From Octopus sinensis (lineage: Eukaryota), in assembly GCF_006345805.1 (NCBI RefSeq), contig NC_043011.1, positions 15,760,464 through 15,824,463 on the forward strand: a stretch of 64,000 nt of DNA, in the 5' to 3' direction. The translations under genes and the position numbers were made by a program. The notes under the pieces are model-generated. The model saw only the letters and a program-made list of their open reading frames with translations, was not told the origin of the DNA and did not search any database. Below are positions 13,510 to 26,090 of the stretch, piece after piece (the stretch's first letter is position 1; each line of letters begins with the position of its first letter).

Positions 13510-13674
13510 CGTGTGTGTGTATGTATACATGGATATGCATATATATGTATATGTGTGTGTATATATATATATATTATATATATATATATATATATATCGA
13601 TCTGTCTATATATCCATGTATATATGTATATATATATATATATATATGTGCATGTGTATATGTATATATATATA

Positions 13675-13730
<56 letters not shown>

Positions 13731-13745
13731 TTACACATGTATATG
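13510..13745. repeat. (TA)n/(TG)n microsatellite block
   Basis: Directly visible. Confidence 0.95.
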
Positions 13746-14017
13746 TTTAGGTGTTTAGGTTGCTTTTTATCATATTCCAGCTCTCCCTTATGTGCTTTGA
13801 TATTTTTCGCTGGAGGCATCCTGTGGATTTCGAAATTTTTTTCAATTTAAAAGAAATTACGGATGCTAGAAATTTATTGTTCCTTCATATGTTTGAGCAA
13901 ATATTCGATTTTTCACACACCAAGTCATCGCAAAATGTGAAGAAATGCCTGAAAGAAACTTAAGAGAAGTTATTTATCAGCTCAAAATTCGGCAACGTGA
14001 CAGTGTTACATAAAATA

Positions 14018-14271
14018 TGTTGTAGTTGTTGTTGTTGCTGTTGCTGTTGTTATTGTTGTTGGTGGTGTTGTTGGTGTTGTAATTGTTGCTGTTGCTCTCC
14101 TTCTTCTTCTTCTTCTTCTTCTTCTTCTTCTTCTTCTTCTTCTTTTTCTTCTTCTTCTTTTTCTTCTTCTTTTTCTTCTTCTTCTTCTCTTCTTCTTCTT
14201 CTTCTTCTTCTTCTTTTTCTTCTTCTTTTTTCTTCTTCTTCTTCTACTTCTTCTTCTACTACTTCTTCTTC

Positions 14272-14304
<33 letters not shown>

Positions 14305-14336
14305 GTAATAATAGTAATAACAATAATAACAACAAC

Positions 14337-14406
<70 letters not shown>

Positions 14407-14420
14407 TTAATAATAATATA
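14018..14420. repeat. Compound trinucleotide array (GTT)n-(TTC)n-(TAA)n
   Basis: Directly visible; explains the poly-S/F/L/K/I ORFs. Confidence 0.95.
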
Positions 14421-14543
14421 ACAAGAAAAAGAAAATTTTTTTATAGATAGAAAGGCGATGAATTTGTGGATTGCACACATTTCGGAAACGATGTATGTTT
14501 CCGGAAGATACCAGAACGTCAAGACGTGAAATCTAGAAAATGC

Positions 14544-14544
<1 letters not shown>

Positions 14545-14574
<30 letters not shown>

Positions 14575-14690
14575 TGTATGTATGTATGTATGTATGTATG
14601 TATGTTTGTATGTATGTATGTATGCATGTATGTATGTATGTATGTATGTATCTATCTATCTATCTATCTGTCTGTCTATCTATCTATCTG

Positions 14691-14734
<44 letters not shown>

Positions 14735-14738
14735 CCTC

Positions 14739-14809
<71 letters not shown>

Positions 14810-14864
14810 GTCTATCTATTTATCTATCTATCTGTCTATCCATCTATCTGTCTGTCTGTCTATA

Positions 14865-14897
<33 letters not shown>

Positions 14898-14960
14898 GTC
14901 TGTCTGTCTGTCTATCTATTTATCTATCTATCTATCTATCTATATATATATCAATCAATG

Positions 14961-15009
<49 letters not shown>

Positions 15010-15045
15010 ATGTGTCAATCTATTTATATATATATATGTGTGTGT

Positions 15046-15103
<58 letters not shown>

Positions 15104-15105
15104 CT
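14545..15105. repeat. Compound (ATGT)n-(TCTA)n-(GT)n array
   Basis: Directly visible; explains ORFs 14466-15239, 14540-15184 and 14554-15144. Confidence 0.95.
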
Positions 15106-15521
15106 CTCTGTCTGTGTGTGTATCGTGCGCGGACAGGATGCTGAATGCACTTTTGCCGAAGGAGAAGAAACCGAAGCCAAGTAGCCGAACGGGCACAATA
15201 ATAATAAAAATAATAATTCCTCCCTACATAATCGAATGACCATTTTAGTCTGTCAAACGGTCATATTGTAGGAAGAAAATGATTATCATATATTTTAATC
15301 TTTGTATGTCTTTTCAGCATCTTCTTCGTTCGGCTTTGTGTCCGTTCGGCTTTCTGGCTTCAGCTTCTAATGATTCGGCCAAATTGAACTGTGTACCATA
15401 TATTTATAAATACAGACAATTAATTGATTAATTAATAACGACATTGCTTCTTTCCAGGTAAACTTACCTCTAACTGAGCGAAAATGACTTCAAATGTATC
15501 TACTAGCGACCTCTCTTGCCT

Positions 15522-15760
15522 ATGGAAAAAATGTGGCATCGTGGTGTTAACATGTACCTATAGAAAAACGGTTTAGCACCACTGGAAATTCATACATAGT
15601 TGCTACATCAAACGATGACTCTCCAGCTTTATCAACTGTGCAAAATCGGGTAGCTGAATTTAGGAAATGAATGGACAATGTTGAAGTTTACGCAAAGTCT
15701 GGATGTCTTGCAACTTTCACCACCATGGAAAACATTGATCATGTTCACTACATGGTGATG
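15522..15760 (+). pseudogene. Mariner transposase N-terminal fragment
   Basis: MEKMWHRGV...GLAPLEIH...DSPALSTVQNRVAEFRK...SG...TTMENIDHVHYMVMD resembles the mariner HTH region; stops and frameshifts. Confidence 0.65.
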
Positions 15761-15897
15761 GATACCGCTGGCTACTTGATAAAATCGTATATACATTTTA
15801 TCCTTATATTTCACTTATAAGTATTAAACTGGAATATATTCAGCACTGAATTATTTTGGTTATACACACGTGCCCGAGATGAACAAAAGAGAAGGTC

Positions 15898-15939
<42 letters not shown>

Positions 15940-16005
15940 GGACTGCATAAGTTAGGGTTAGTGTTAGGGTTAGGGAATTTCTCCTATATTCATTCCCTCG
16001 AATTC

Positions 16006-16224
16006 GGCGCATGTATATAATTGTGGTTTCGATCCCTGGACAGGGCGACGCGTTGTGTTCTTGAGTAAAACACTTCATTTCACGTTGCTCCAGTCGACTC
16101 AGCTGGCAAAAATGAGTAACGCTGCGATGGACTGGCGTCCCGTCCAGCTGGGGAACACACGCCATAGAAACCGGGAAACCGGGCCCATGAGTCTGGCTAG
16201 GCTTTAAAAGGGCGCATTTATTTA
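16006..16224 (+). mobile_element. SINE related to family C (shared 3' half CTGCGATGGACTGGCGTCCCGTCCAG...AGAAACCGGGAAACCGG)
   Basis: B-box-like GGTTTCGATCCC, GTGTTCTTGAGTAAAACACTT segment, and a 3' half matching 19742-20051 and 44957-45256. Confidence 0.75.
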
Positions 16225-17039
16225 TTATATATATATATATATATACATATACATATTTGCTTTTGTGTTTCTATTAAAACGACTGCCACTGCAATAATTC
16301 AATAGGGATCTCAATTATTTTACATAATTAGTGATTCATAGAGAAAGAAGTCTCTTGCATTCTTTAGAGACTGTTACACGGGTTTGATTAATAATTTCTT
16401 CAGAAAGAGTATTGATGCGTTCTTCGAGAACTGGCCTAAGAATACAAATGTGTGTCTCAATATGATGGGTGAGAGACAAAGAGTTGTCAGATGTTAGGCC
16501 TTTTAACAACCATAAGGTAAAAACAAGTCGCTAAAATATCATAGGTTGTTTATAAAAATGTGTTAAAATGTGATTAATGCAGAGAGATGACAAAGAAAAT
16601 AATCTGACGGGATTTCGTCGAGAAACAGAGAAACAGTCAATCTTCAGTTGCTCTTTAATGGATTTGTGGGTCAATCCTAATCATATTAAAGGAGACAAGA
16701 AGATACAGGTTGGGACCGCACAGTCAGAACTTTTTAGAGGAACACGTAGTGAAAGGGTGCCGTACCGCGTCAGCTAAATTACAATAGCTATGAAGCAGGA
16801 ACGTGATAGGTTACTAACCGCTTGACATTGTAATGTATGAATGACATGTACTTTCTACATTTTGAATCAATTATCATAGGTTCATTATAAAAATGTGTTA
16901 AAGTGGGATTAATGCAGAGAGATAACGAAGAAAATTACTTAAATGAAATGAAAAATAAATTATATATGCTGTGAAGTGCGGTATTTGGAAATGAAACACT
17001 GTAGCTTATAACTAAGAAGTAAAACTGAAAGATAAAGAG

Positions 17040-17500
17040 AAAGAGGGCAATGATTCTGAAGAAGAAAAAGAAGACGAAGAACATGAACAAGAACAACAAC
17101 TAGAAGACGACGATAAAGCAATAAAATTTTAAAAAGGGAAAAGGTGAGGACGATGATGCTGCTGCTGATGATGATGATGATGATGTTGATGTTGATGATG
17201 AAGCAGAGAAGAAGTAGAAAGCGGTTAAGAGGCGAAGATACAGATGAAAAATGAGACGGAGAAACCAGGAAGAACAAGATGACGACGACGATAAGCAAGA
17301 AGAAAATAATGATGATTTTGATGATGATGATGAAGATGGTAGTGGTGGAGGTGGTGGAGGTGGTGGTAGTGTTGTTGATGAAGACAAAGGAAGAAGAAGA
17401 AGAAGAAGAAGAAGAAGAAGAAGAAGAAGAAGAAGAAGAAGAAGAAGAAGAAAAAGAAGAAGAAGAAGAAGAGGAAGGAGAAGACAGGTGAGGAGAACTC
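17040..17500. repeat. Purine-rich (GAA)n/(GAT)n/(GGT)n low-complexity region
   Basis: Directly visible; pure (GAA)n at about 17390-17470. Confidence 0.9.
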
Positions 17501-18290
17501 TAGAAGGAAAGAAAAAAATGAGATAGAGAAGTAGGATGAGGTGGAATGCGGAAGAGTAGATAAAGAAAAGAAAGAAAACAAAAGACGAATATACTTTTGC
17601 ACTCACCATATCGCGGTTCACTTATCGCGCCCTCAGTACATCACGGAGTTTTATGTGGGAGGAGTTTCTGTGGGGAATGCCATTAGCAAATATATTGTAA
17701 CAGATGTATGAGTGTGATAAATTTCAGTGCAGGTATGTGTGTAATAAACAATCTAATGTGTTTGAAGGTAAAAGTCAAAGTATACAAATAAGTACGTACC
17801 TCCCCAAATTATTTTGGCTCTTTTTCAAATATCTGTATATGCATAACATTGTTTTGACTTTTAATTAAAATATAGTTTATGAATTGTGACATCTACCTTC
17901 TAATGCAAGCTGATCACTATTCTCACAAGCACACAAAATTAACTTCACCTCTTTTCCTTGGACACTAGTTTCACATCACACTCATAGATGGATATGCATT
18001 CTGCATATACACAGACATACTAAACTTTGTCCTGGCATTGGTTATTCGTACATTTATTTTTGTTTATTCATTCATTATTTTTCATTATCAACAACCACTT
18101 CGTTCGTTTAAAACTCTTTACAGATACTTTGTTTATATATACTAGCGGAACTCGTCAATATTTCATGGAATTAATGGTAAATTTATTGGGTTAGTTCTGA
18201 AAACTTTATCCAAAAGACCTGAAAGCATAGCCTGTATTGTGTCTATCAACAGATAGTCACTCATGTGCTAATCACTGAAAAGCAAAGGAA

Positions 18291-18710
18291 ATTGGATCTT
18301 CTCGGTTTGAATGGCAGTTTTTTTCTAGCGGTGTCATATGAAATTGTCACCAATAATTATGACCCTAGTATCGATCTATTGCATTTCAAACTGTTTTAGG
18401 GTTAGGGTTAGGGCTGGGGGGAAGGGTATCTTTTTTCTTCAGAAATGTAAATAAACCCAATCTGTTTCTTAAACGAGGGACATATTCATTCGGCACAGAA
18501 TGTTTTCACCTCAATAGACGTCACTGATTGGTTGAAATTGCAGAAATTGAAGAAAAAGAACAACAAATATCTTACAAACTATAGAGTTTTCTCAATAAAG
18601 CCAAGAGAAAGATGTTTTATAAACACATTCTACCAGTATACGAAGTTTAAAAGTGTTTAGTTATGTGGAAATTATTTTAAAAACTGCCGTTCAAACCGAA
18701 GAGATCCAAT
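18291..18710. mobile_element. MITE (~420 bp) with ~31-bp terminal inverted repeats and internal (TTAGGG)3
   Basis: ATTGGATCTTCTCGGTTTGAATGGCAGTTTT (from 18291) is the inverse of AAAACTGCCGTTCAAACCGAAGAGATCCAAT (to 18710) with about 3 mismatches; (TTAGGG)3 at 18396-18413. Confidence 0.75.
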
Positions 18711-18776
18711 CGATGATTACTTAATCCACTTTATATATGCAATTTTTATACTTTATGCACAATTTTATATACTTAA

Positions 18777-19149
18777 CTAGCAGTATCGCCCGGCGTTGCT
18801 CAGGTTTGTAAGGGAAATAACTATAAAGCATTTTTAGAGAGTTATAGCCAAAAAATGGAAAAAAAATGATGGTAAATTTTTTTTGAGAGTTAAAAAAGGT
18901 CGAGTTGCGTCCCCTAGACAGTCTGTGGTTTGGGTTTCTGATTCTCGACCCCATGTCGAATTTATCGATTTTTTTCAGAACTGGGGGAACTTTTCAAAAT
19001 TTTCGCTGCGTTAGTTTTGAATTATGACATTGGGCTATGTGTATGTCAAGTTTCATCAGAATCGGTTGAAAGCCGTGGCCAGAGTGAGGGTACGAGAAAA
19101 CAGACACACAGAAAACGCACAGACAAACTGCCGTTTATATAGAGAGAGA
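18777..19149 (-). mobile_element. Non-autonomous Helitron
   Basis: Minus strand begins A|TC at 19149 and ends with the CCTGAGCAACGCCGGG hairpin followed by CTAG|T at 18777; its 3' end is shared with 27407-27793. Confidence 0.75.
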
Positions 19150-19480
19150 TATACAAACATTGTCCCTTTTTCTCTCTCACTTTCGTCTTACAATCTTTTT
19201 CACTCTCCTTTTTTCTTTCGCACTTCGCATTTCCTTTCAATTAATCACGTTATTAGTTGGGCTAAGAAACAAAAGATTAGTAAAAAAAATACACATTTCA
19301 CTCACAACCACGTCCCCCTCGATCTTCCCTCCTTTCCCCTCCTCATGCCTTCCTATCCCCTATCCCCATCCTCCTCGTATCTCTCCCCTTCTCGCCGCAT
19401 CCCTCTCCTCGCCGCCCTCTTCAACTAATCACATGGAAGCATTACGGACGGCTAAGTAACGGAGAAACAAGTAGATCTCA

Positions 19481-19550
19481 TACTCTTTGCTCTTACACTT
19501 TTACTTGTTTTAGTCATTTCAACTGCGGCTATGCTGGAGCACCACCTTTA
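19481..19550 (-). mobile_element. SINE family A, 3' tail fragment
   Basis: TTTTACTTGTTTTAGTCATTTCAACTGCGGCTATGCTGGAGCACCACCTTT matches the family A 3' end. Confidence 0.7.
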
Positions 19551-19559
19551 GTGGAGTAG

Positions 19560-20850
19560 CACCAGAAGTAATGAAGAAGCGTGATTTTGATTATATCGTC
19601 CTGGTGTACTGTAACCAGGGACTGGAAAAAGAAGTTGCCCAGAATCTGTGGAGGAACAGTAACATCATCCCAGTACAACAACAACTAGAGAGGCATCGTA
19701 CTGATATCACCCGTGAAAAAGAACCTCAACAGGATAATTTTTTTGTTTGCTGTTTGTTCTTTCTCGAGCCATGCCTGGCTCATAAGGGCCGGTTTCCCGG
19801 TTTCTAGGCGTATAGGTTCCCCACCTGGACGGGACGCCAGTCCATCGCAGGTGAGCTGCAAGATGCAGGAGGAAAGAGTGAGAGAAAGTTGTGGCGAATG
19901 AGTCAGCAGAAGTTTCGCCATTACCTTCTGCCGGAGCCGCATGGAGCTTAGGTGAATCGCTCATAAACACACACATCGTCCGGCCTGAGATTAGAACCCG
20001 CGATCCCTCGACCGTGAGTCCGCTGCTCTAACCACTAGGCCACGTGCCTCCACACACCAGAAGTAATGAAGAAGTGTGATTTAGATTATATCGTCCTGGA
20101 GTTCTATAACCAGGCACTGGAAAAAGAAGTTGCTTAGAATCTGTGGAGGAACACTAATATCATCCCAGTACAAAAGCAGGGAGATTTCTCTAACACCAAC
20201 AACTATAGGGGCATCGCACTGATATTATTCGTGGCAAAGACTCTCAACAGGATGATTGGCTTCCTATGTTTTCCTATTTTTTTATTGTGATGGACTATTG
20301 TATGTGCCTTGCGTTGGAGAAGCACCAGGACTCTGGCTTTACTCTAGCGCCGGCTCAGAGTAAGAGGATCAGGACTAAAAAGCTAAATGCTGAACTTGCT
20401 GAAGACGTAATTACTGGTGACAAACATAGTGAGGGAATTTCGTTGATGCAGGAGGAGGAGACTGTGTCGATGAGTGTGGGGTTTAAAATGAATGCGATCA
20501 AGACGAAGTTATTGAAGTAGCTAAATATGAACGAGTTTCAGGATCCGGAGTAGATTATAAATGTAGGCGGGAAGCCGGTAACGTTGGTTGAGGACTTCCT
20601 GTATCTAGAAGCAAAGATTGAAGAGCAAGGCCTGGGCGGCGTACCACAGTTTGCAATCTGTATGGAAATCGGAACTTCGTAAAGACCTGAAAACCCGTCT
20701 CTTCGTTACTGTAGTAGAATCTGTGCTGTTGTACGTGACTGAGACTTGGAGACTGACCAAGAAACTCTCTAACATGGTGGAAGGGTCCTACACGAGAATG
20801 CTGAGGATGGATCTGAACATCAATCAGTATAAACTAGGGGTGAAAAATTG
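19560..20850 (+). mobile_element. Decayed RTE-clade LINE fragments, interrupted by a SINE
   Basis: IIPVQKQGDFSNTNNYRGIAL...AKTLNRMI (~20160-20257) and VVESVLLYVTETWRLTK...EGSYTRMLR (~20710-20805) are RTE-type RT motifs. Confidence 0.7.
19742..20051 (-). mobile_element. Full-length tRNA-derived SINE family C
   Basis: Minus-strand head GGAGGCACGTGGCCTAGTGGTTAGAGCAGCGG...GGTTCTAATCTC (A and B boxes); body matches 44957-45256. Confidence 0.9.
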
Positions 20851-21547
20851 AAAGCTACGAGAGCCTGCCACACGTTATGTGTGAGTGTGTGCGTGTATGT
20901 GTGTGTTTATGTGTGTGTGTGTGTGGTGTGTGTGTGTGTGTGTGTGTGTGCGTGTGTGGTATGATCCTAACCACTCAGAGGATATCATCTCTGCTCCAAA
21001 TAGAAACACTAGAACCAATGTTTTCAAGCATTGTTCCTTTGCGCATTCTGCAGTTTTATCCACCTCATATCCCTCAGGCCTTTATTTAATTTTAAGCTGA
21101 AAATCATTAACTATTCAGCGAATTTAATTTGTAAAATTAATTGAATTTTAAATATTTATACAAAGGTCTAATTGTTTCCAAACAAGCAGCTAATATTTGT
21201 TTTCTGTTTTGCAGTACGTCACACCAATTACATGTAAGTTCATAATATTGCCTCTATTTTGCCGAGTGTAGACTAAAATTTAAGAGATAATTGAAATTTA
21301 AGAGATCGTTGTAAATATTTAATCCGTCGTTTAGACCGCCTACGATTACCGCCAAAGTAATTTTAATAGTCCTTCCGGAATTTTTAATTGTCATGTTATT
21401 ATGTTTGAAAGAAATATAGTAGCATGTCGTATATTTAAACAATCATTAATATATGTTTGGGGAATACACATGAAAGAGTTGCAGCTTGTGAAATCCAAAA
21501 TGAAAAATAAAATACACTTTTTTTATAGATAAACATATCCTTACTTT

Positions 21548-21960
21548 ATCATCATCATTGTTCGACCGTGGTCGAGACAATGGAATTTACTATGTTACGC
21601 TAGACTTCACGGTTCATCATAGCATTACGGAGGTCCTGTTGCTGGATGTCTGTATCCCTGAAGATTACATCAGGGTAGGAGGGTGTGCGCCCTCTGGTAT
21701 CGCGAACAGATGGCTTCCAGAGGAGAAGAATAGAAATTACCTCGTTTTCAGCTCTACAACTATGTCCAGAAAACTGGACTCTTCTACCTTTCACAAGAGA
21801 TGATACAGGTGGTAGTTATCCATATATTTGTATTTTGGTTGGATGACGCTTCTACGAGAGATTTTGAGCCCTCATTAGGAGGCGATTGTATGCAGTCTGT
21901 AGGAGCCTAGAGTAAACCAGAGCAGAGCTTTATCAATTAAGAGCTATCTTTAAATACTGG
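21548..21960 (-). mobile_element. RTE-clade LINE 3' end
   Basis: Minus ORF KGRRVQFSGHSCRAENEVISILLLWKP...GRTPSYPDVIFRDT...LRNAMMNREV matches the RTE C-terminal consensus; followed by a short 3' UTR and (ATG)n tail. Confidence 0.75.
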
Positions 21961-22944
21961 CCTCTACAATTGGCAAGCAAGAAAAGAAGCATGTCCGAAA
22001 TCAAATCGAAATTTTCATTACAACAGACGAATTTGAGATAAATATTACCTTTCAGTATATACTGCATTTCTTGCTAATACGTATTTTTTAAACAAACTAA
22101 CTGGCTAATAGCAACACCGGTGCTTACTCTGACACTGCCAATCTATATATCACTGGCGTGGAGATGAATAGTTGTTGCCTGCAGCGGTCGAATGTCCGTC
22201 ATTGTAAAGACCAAACAAAGTCGAAATCACATGTTCAGGTGGTCTCAGCGCTGGAGATTGTGGGGATTTAGGTCTCCATTACTGATATATACAAAATGCT
22301 AATGTGAGAGTTTCTCACAAGTTAGCTACCATAGTACAGTTTCTTTTAGTAGACCATCCATATTTAAGTGGGGATAAACATTCGTTCCAAATAGACGAAA
22401 TTAATGTAAACCACAAATTGAATAATATTTACAGAAGTCCTTTCTAATTAGTGTCTCAAAAGTCACATGGCAAATTTTACTGATTCCCCAGCAAAATCTG
22501 AGTTATATATTTTTCGTCTATATGATTGGAGTCACGCAGCAGAAACAATTATTCCTGGTTTGGAAAACATTGTTACATATAATGCGTTTCAGTCACTGGA
22601 AAAAAAAATTCAATTTAAAGCAATTAAGGAGAATTAATTCTGTGTATAAATCATACATCTTTTAAATTAAATTATACAGTTAATGAATTGGTAAAAATCC
22701 CATACCGTGCAACTACGTGGTACGTGGAGCTTCGGTGCTGGTCTTTTGCCTAAGAAGAAATTTGATAGGCGTTTTGGCAACAGGGGATATATAAATACAG
22801 ACTATGTTTACAGAGGTTGATCCACAACTTTACGTTCACACACACACACACACACACATTAACTATTAACGCAGCACCAATTTAGCAAACGAATGAAATA
22901 GAAGTGCGCTTTCAGAAATTAATTTTTATTTTGCGACTATTAAT

Positions 22945-23095
<151 letters not shown>

Positions 23096-24291
23096 TGCAA
23101 AGTAGGCTAAAACTATTACTCGTGTCCATGAAAATGTATGTGTTCCAGTATTTTATAATGCACTCTGATGCAAATAATTTGTATCTTCAATCAATATTTA
23201 AAATAAATTACTTTTAAAAAATAAACTGCCATAAAAACCATGAATAATATTTTTGATAGGCATTGCATTTAGATTTGAAATGTACTTGGTTACTAGAAAT
23301 TCATAAAAACGATAGAGGCATAAATTTAAATATTGATTATAAAAGTCAGTAAATATGGCAATAGGCTAAGGATTCGAAGAGATTTATATATTTATAAAAT
23401 TCCTTTACAACAGCTTCTCATAAATTAGAAATTTATGATTAAAAATATGTGAAGCCAGATTTTTAAAGCTGGTTCAAAAGTTGTTCCTCGTGAACAAAAC
23501 ATCAAATTTTCTCAGGTAAAAATTTATTTTATATAATAAATTAAACATTATAAACGAATACAACTATTTAAAAGTTATATTCATTTATTTTGGTAATAAA
23601 GCGTTTGCCCTAATTCTGAAGTTGTCCACAACAATATGATTATCTCAAATGTTGTTAATTCCATTTGAGTTATCCATTTTAAAGTTCCTAGATGTATACT
23701 ATAACGCAAATAATTTGTATAATCAATAAATATGTAATATGATACATTTTGTAAAAATGCGATAAACCTGTGAAAGATATTAAAAGTTATTGCATATAAT
23801 TTTGAAATGCACACAATTTATTGTAAATCTCATTCTCTCTCTATTCATCGATATACGCGCACACATACGTATATGTAAGGCATTATGATGAATCTGTACG
23901 GGTATGCGTATATATATACATATTTCACAGGTACATATATGTGTATGTGCATGTATTAGCACGTTTGTGTGTATGTATTCATGTGTTCCCTGCATGGATT
24001 CCAATAACGTTATGTTTTTTTTTATTTTGCTAGAATCTTAATTTAGAAATTTAGTTGCTGGAAATCAATGCCGTGTAATATTAATCGTATTTTTAGAAAG
24101 TAACTTATTTTAAAATGCATTAAACACTCCAAAAATTATTCATAATATTGATTTCACTTTCACGGTTAGTTCCAATCGCAATACATTACCAAACGTTTAA
24201 CTATGAAAATTATTCCATTGGTTGCTTCTGCGTGAAAACCGGATGTTAACATATTCAGTGTACTTAACCATAATTTTTGTCCATATATATA

Positions 24292-24693
24292 TACTCTTTA
24301 CTCTTTTACTTGTTTCAGTCATTTGAATGCGACCATGCTGGAGCACCGCCTTTAATCGAGTAACTCGACCCCGGGTCTTATTCTTTGTAAGCCCAGTACT
24401 TATTCTATCGGTCTCTTTTTTCTGAACCGCTAAGTGACGGGGACATAAACACACCAGCATCGGTTGTCAAGCGATGTTGGATGGGACAAACACAGACATA
24501 CAAACATACACGCACACATATATACATATATACGACGGGCTTCTTTCAGTTTCCGTCTACCAAATCCACTCACAAGGCTTTGGTCGGCCCGAGGCTATAG
24601 TAGAAGACACTTGCGCAAGGTACCACGCAGTGGGACTGAACCCGAAACAATGTGGTTGGTAAACAAGCTATTTACCACACAGCCACTCCTGCG

Positions 24694-24695
<2 letters not shown>
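24292..24695 (-). mobile_element. Full-length SINE family A
   Basis: Minus-strand head GGCGCAGGAGTGGCTGTGTGGTAA...GGGTTCAGTCCCACTGCGTGG, internal (TA/CA) tract, 3' end GCATGGTCGCATTCAAATGACTGAAACAAGTAAAAGAG. Confidence 0.92.
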
Positions 24696-24762
<67 letters not shown>

Positions 24763-25544
24763 CTCATTTTGTATTGCCTCATACCAAGTGGTACGGTATC
24801 AAAATAACTACGAGTATAGTTTAGCAATAAAACAATTTAGTGATTTCTAATTCTCTGAAAACGCAACTAATTCTATTTCCTTTACCAAGCAAAGAAGCAA
24901 AGAAAATAAAAAATAAAACACTTATGGTCTTGAATAAATCAGGAGTATCACCAAAATACCACATATATTGATGCATTGCTTTGCTGTCATCAAACAGGAA
25001 ATCCAAAAGCGCATGGACACACTGAACGCGTGAAGTGCTATTCTGCAAAATCTAACCAAATCTATTTAGGGCGTAATATCTCTGACTCTCAAAACAACAT
25101 CAAAATCTCTACTTATCAGTCACACAATACACCTGTCCAACAGCAGGTAAAACATTACATAACTTATATTTAGGCACTGTCCTAAATAGGACATGGCGAT
25201 ATCAGGTTCCCATAGAAATAACATTACTTGTTGGTTCACATTCATCTGCGTAATATAAGAGATGCTGTTGACAGCAAAAGAAAAGCAAATCAGGTGTTTG
25301 TTAAAAGGCATCTGTAATATCCATATCATCACATACGTAGAGGATTCACAGAGAGAAACTGATTCACAATATTGAGAACCCTGGTAGATGTCTCCAAAAG
25401 TAGCTATCCGCTTACACAACTACCAGACAATGAAAAAGGAAAGTTCAGAGCATTTTTAAAAGTCTCATATTTGACATAGAGATATGGAATGTTTGAATTT
25501 AAGCATCATGTAGAATCTGCTTTATGGTAAAGTGTAACCGTTTA

Positions 25545-25778
25545 AAGCGGCGAGTTGGCAGAAACGTTAGCACGCCGGGCGAAATGCGTAGCCCTATTTG
25601 GTCTGCCGTTACGTTCTGAGTTCAAATTCCGCCGAGGTCGACTTTGCTTTTCATCCTTTCGGGTTCGATTAAATAAGTACCAGTTACGCACTGAGGTCGA
25701 TATAATCGACTTAATCCGTTTGTCTGTCCTTGTTTGTTCCTTCTGTGCTATGCCCCTGGTGGGTAGTAAAGAAATAGG
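25545..25778 (+). mobile_element. Full-length SINE family B with 14-bp TSD
   Basis: Aligns with 45651-45882; TGTAACCGTTTAAA is duplicated at 25533-25546 and 25784-25797. Confidence 0.92.
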
Positions 25779-25904
25779 TAAATTGTAACCGTTTAAACGA
25801 CGAGTAGGCTACTAATTTTCCTATCTGTAATTATGCATCATTTAGACGACATGAGAAAACTCGCTAAGTATTACAAATATTGTCTTCAAATGTTGACACT
25901 AAGC

Positions 25905-26090
25905 CAGCAGTTTTGGGAGAGGAGCCGAAACAATTAAATCGACACCAGTGCTCGACTGGTACTTATTTTACCGACTCTGAAAGGGGAAGTCACCCTCAGT
26001 GGAATTTCATCCCAGAACGAAGAGACAGACGAAATGCACTCAACATCTTGTCCAGTATGCTACCGATTATTCTGGCTCGCCGCTTTAAAA
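25905..26090 (-). mobile_element. Older SINE sharing the family B central domain, degenerate
   Basis: CTGGTACTTATTTTACCGACTCTGAAAGG is the inverse of the family B core; similar to 33075-33480. Confidence 0.55.

Noticed and set aside
17595-17660. Tigger/pogo-like terminal sequence
   Set aside because: Only one end is seen, with no partner TIR or TSD.
19990-20051. tRNA genes at SINE heads (also 44957 and 55150)
   Set aside because: The A and B boxes are present but continue into SINE bodies and lack a full cloverleaf, so they are SINE heads and not tRNA genes.
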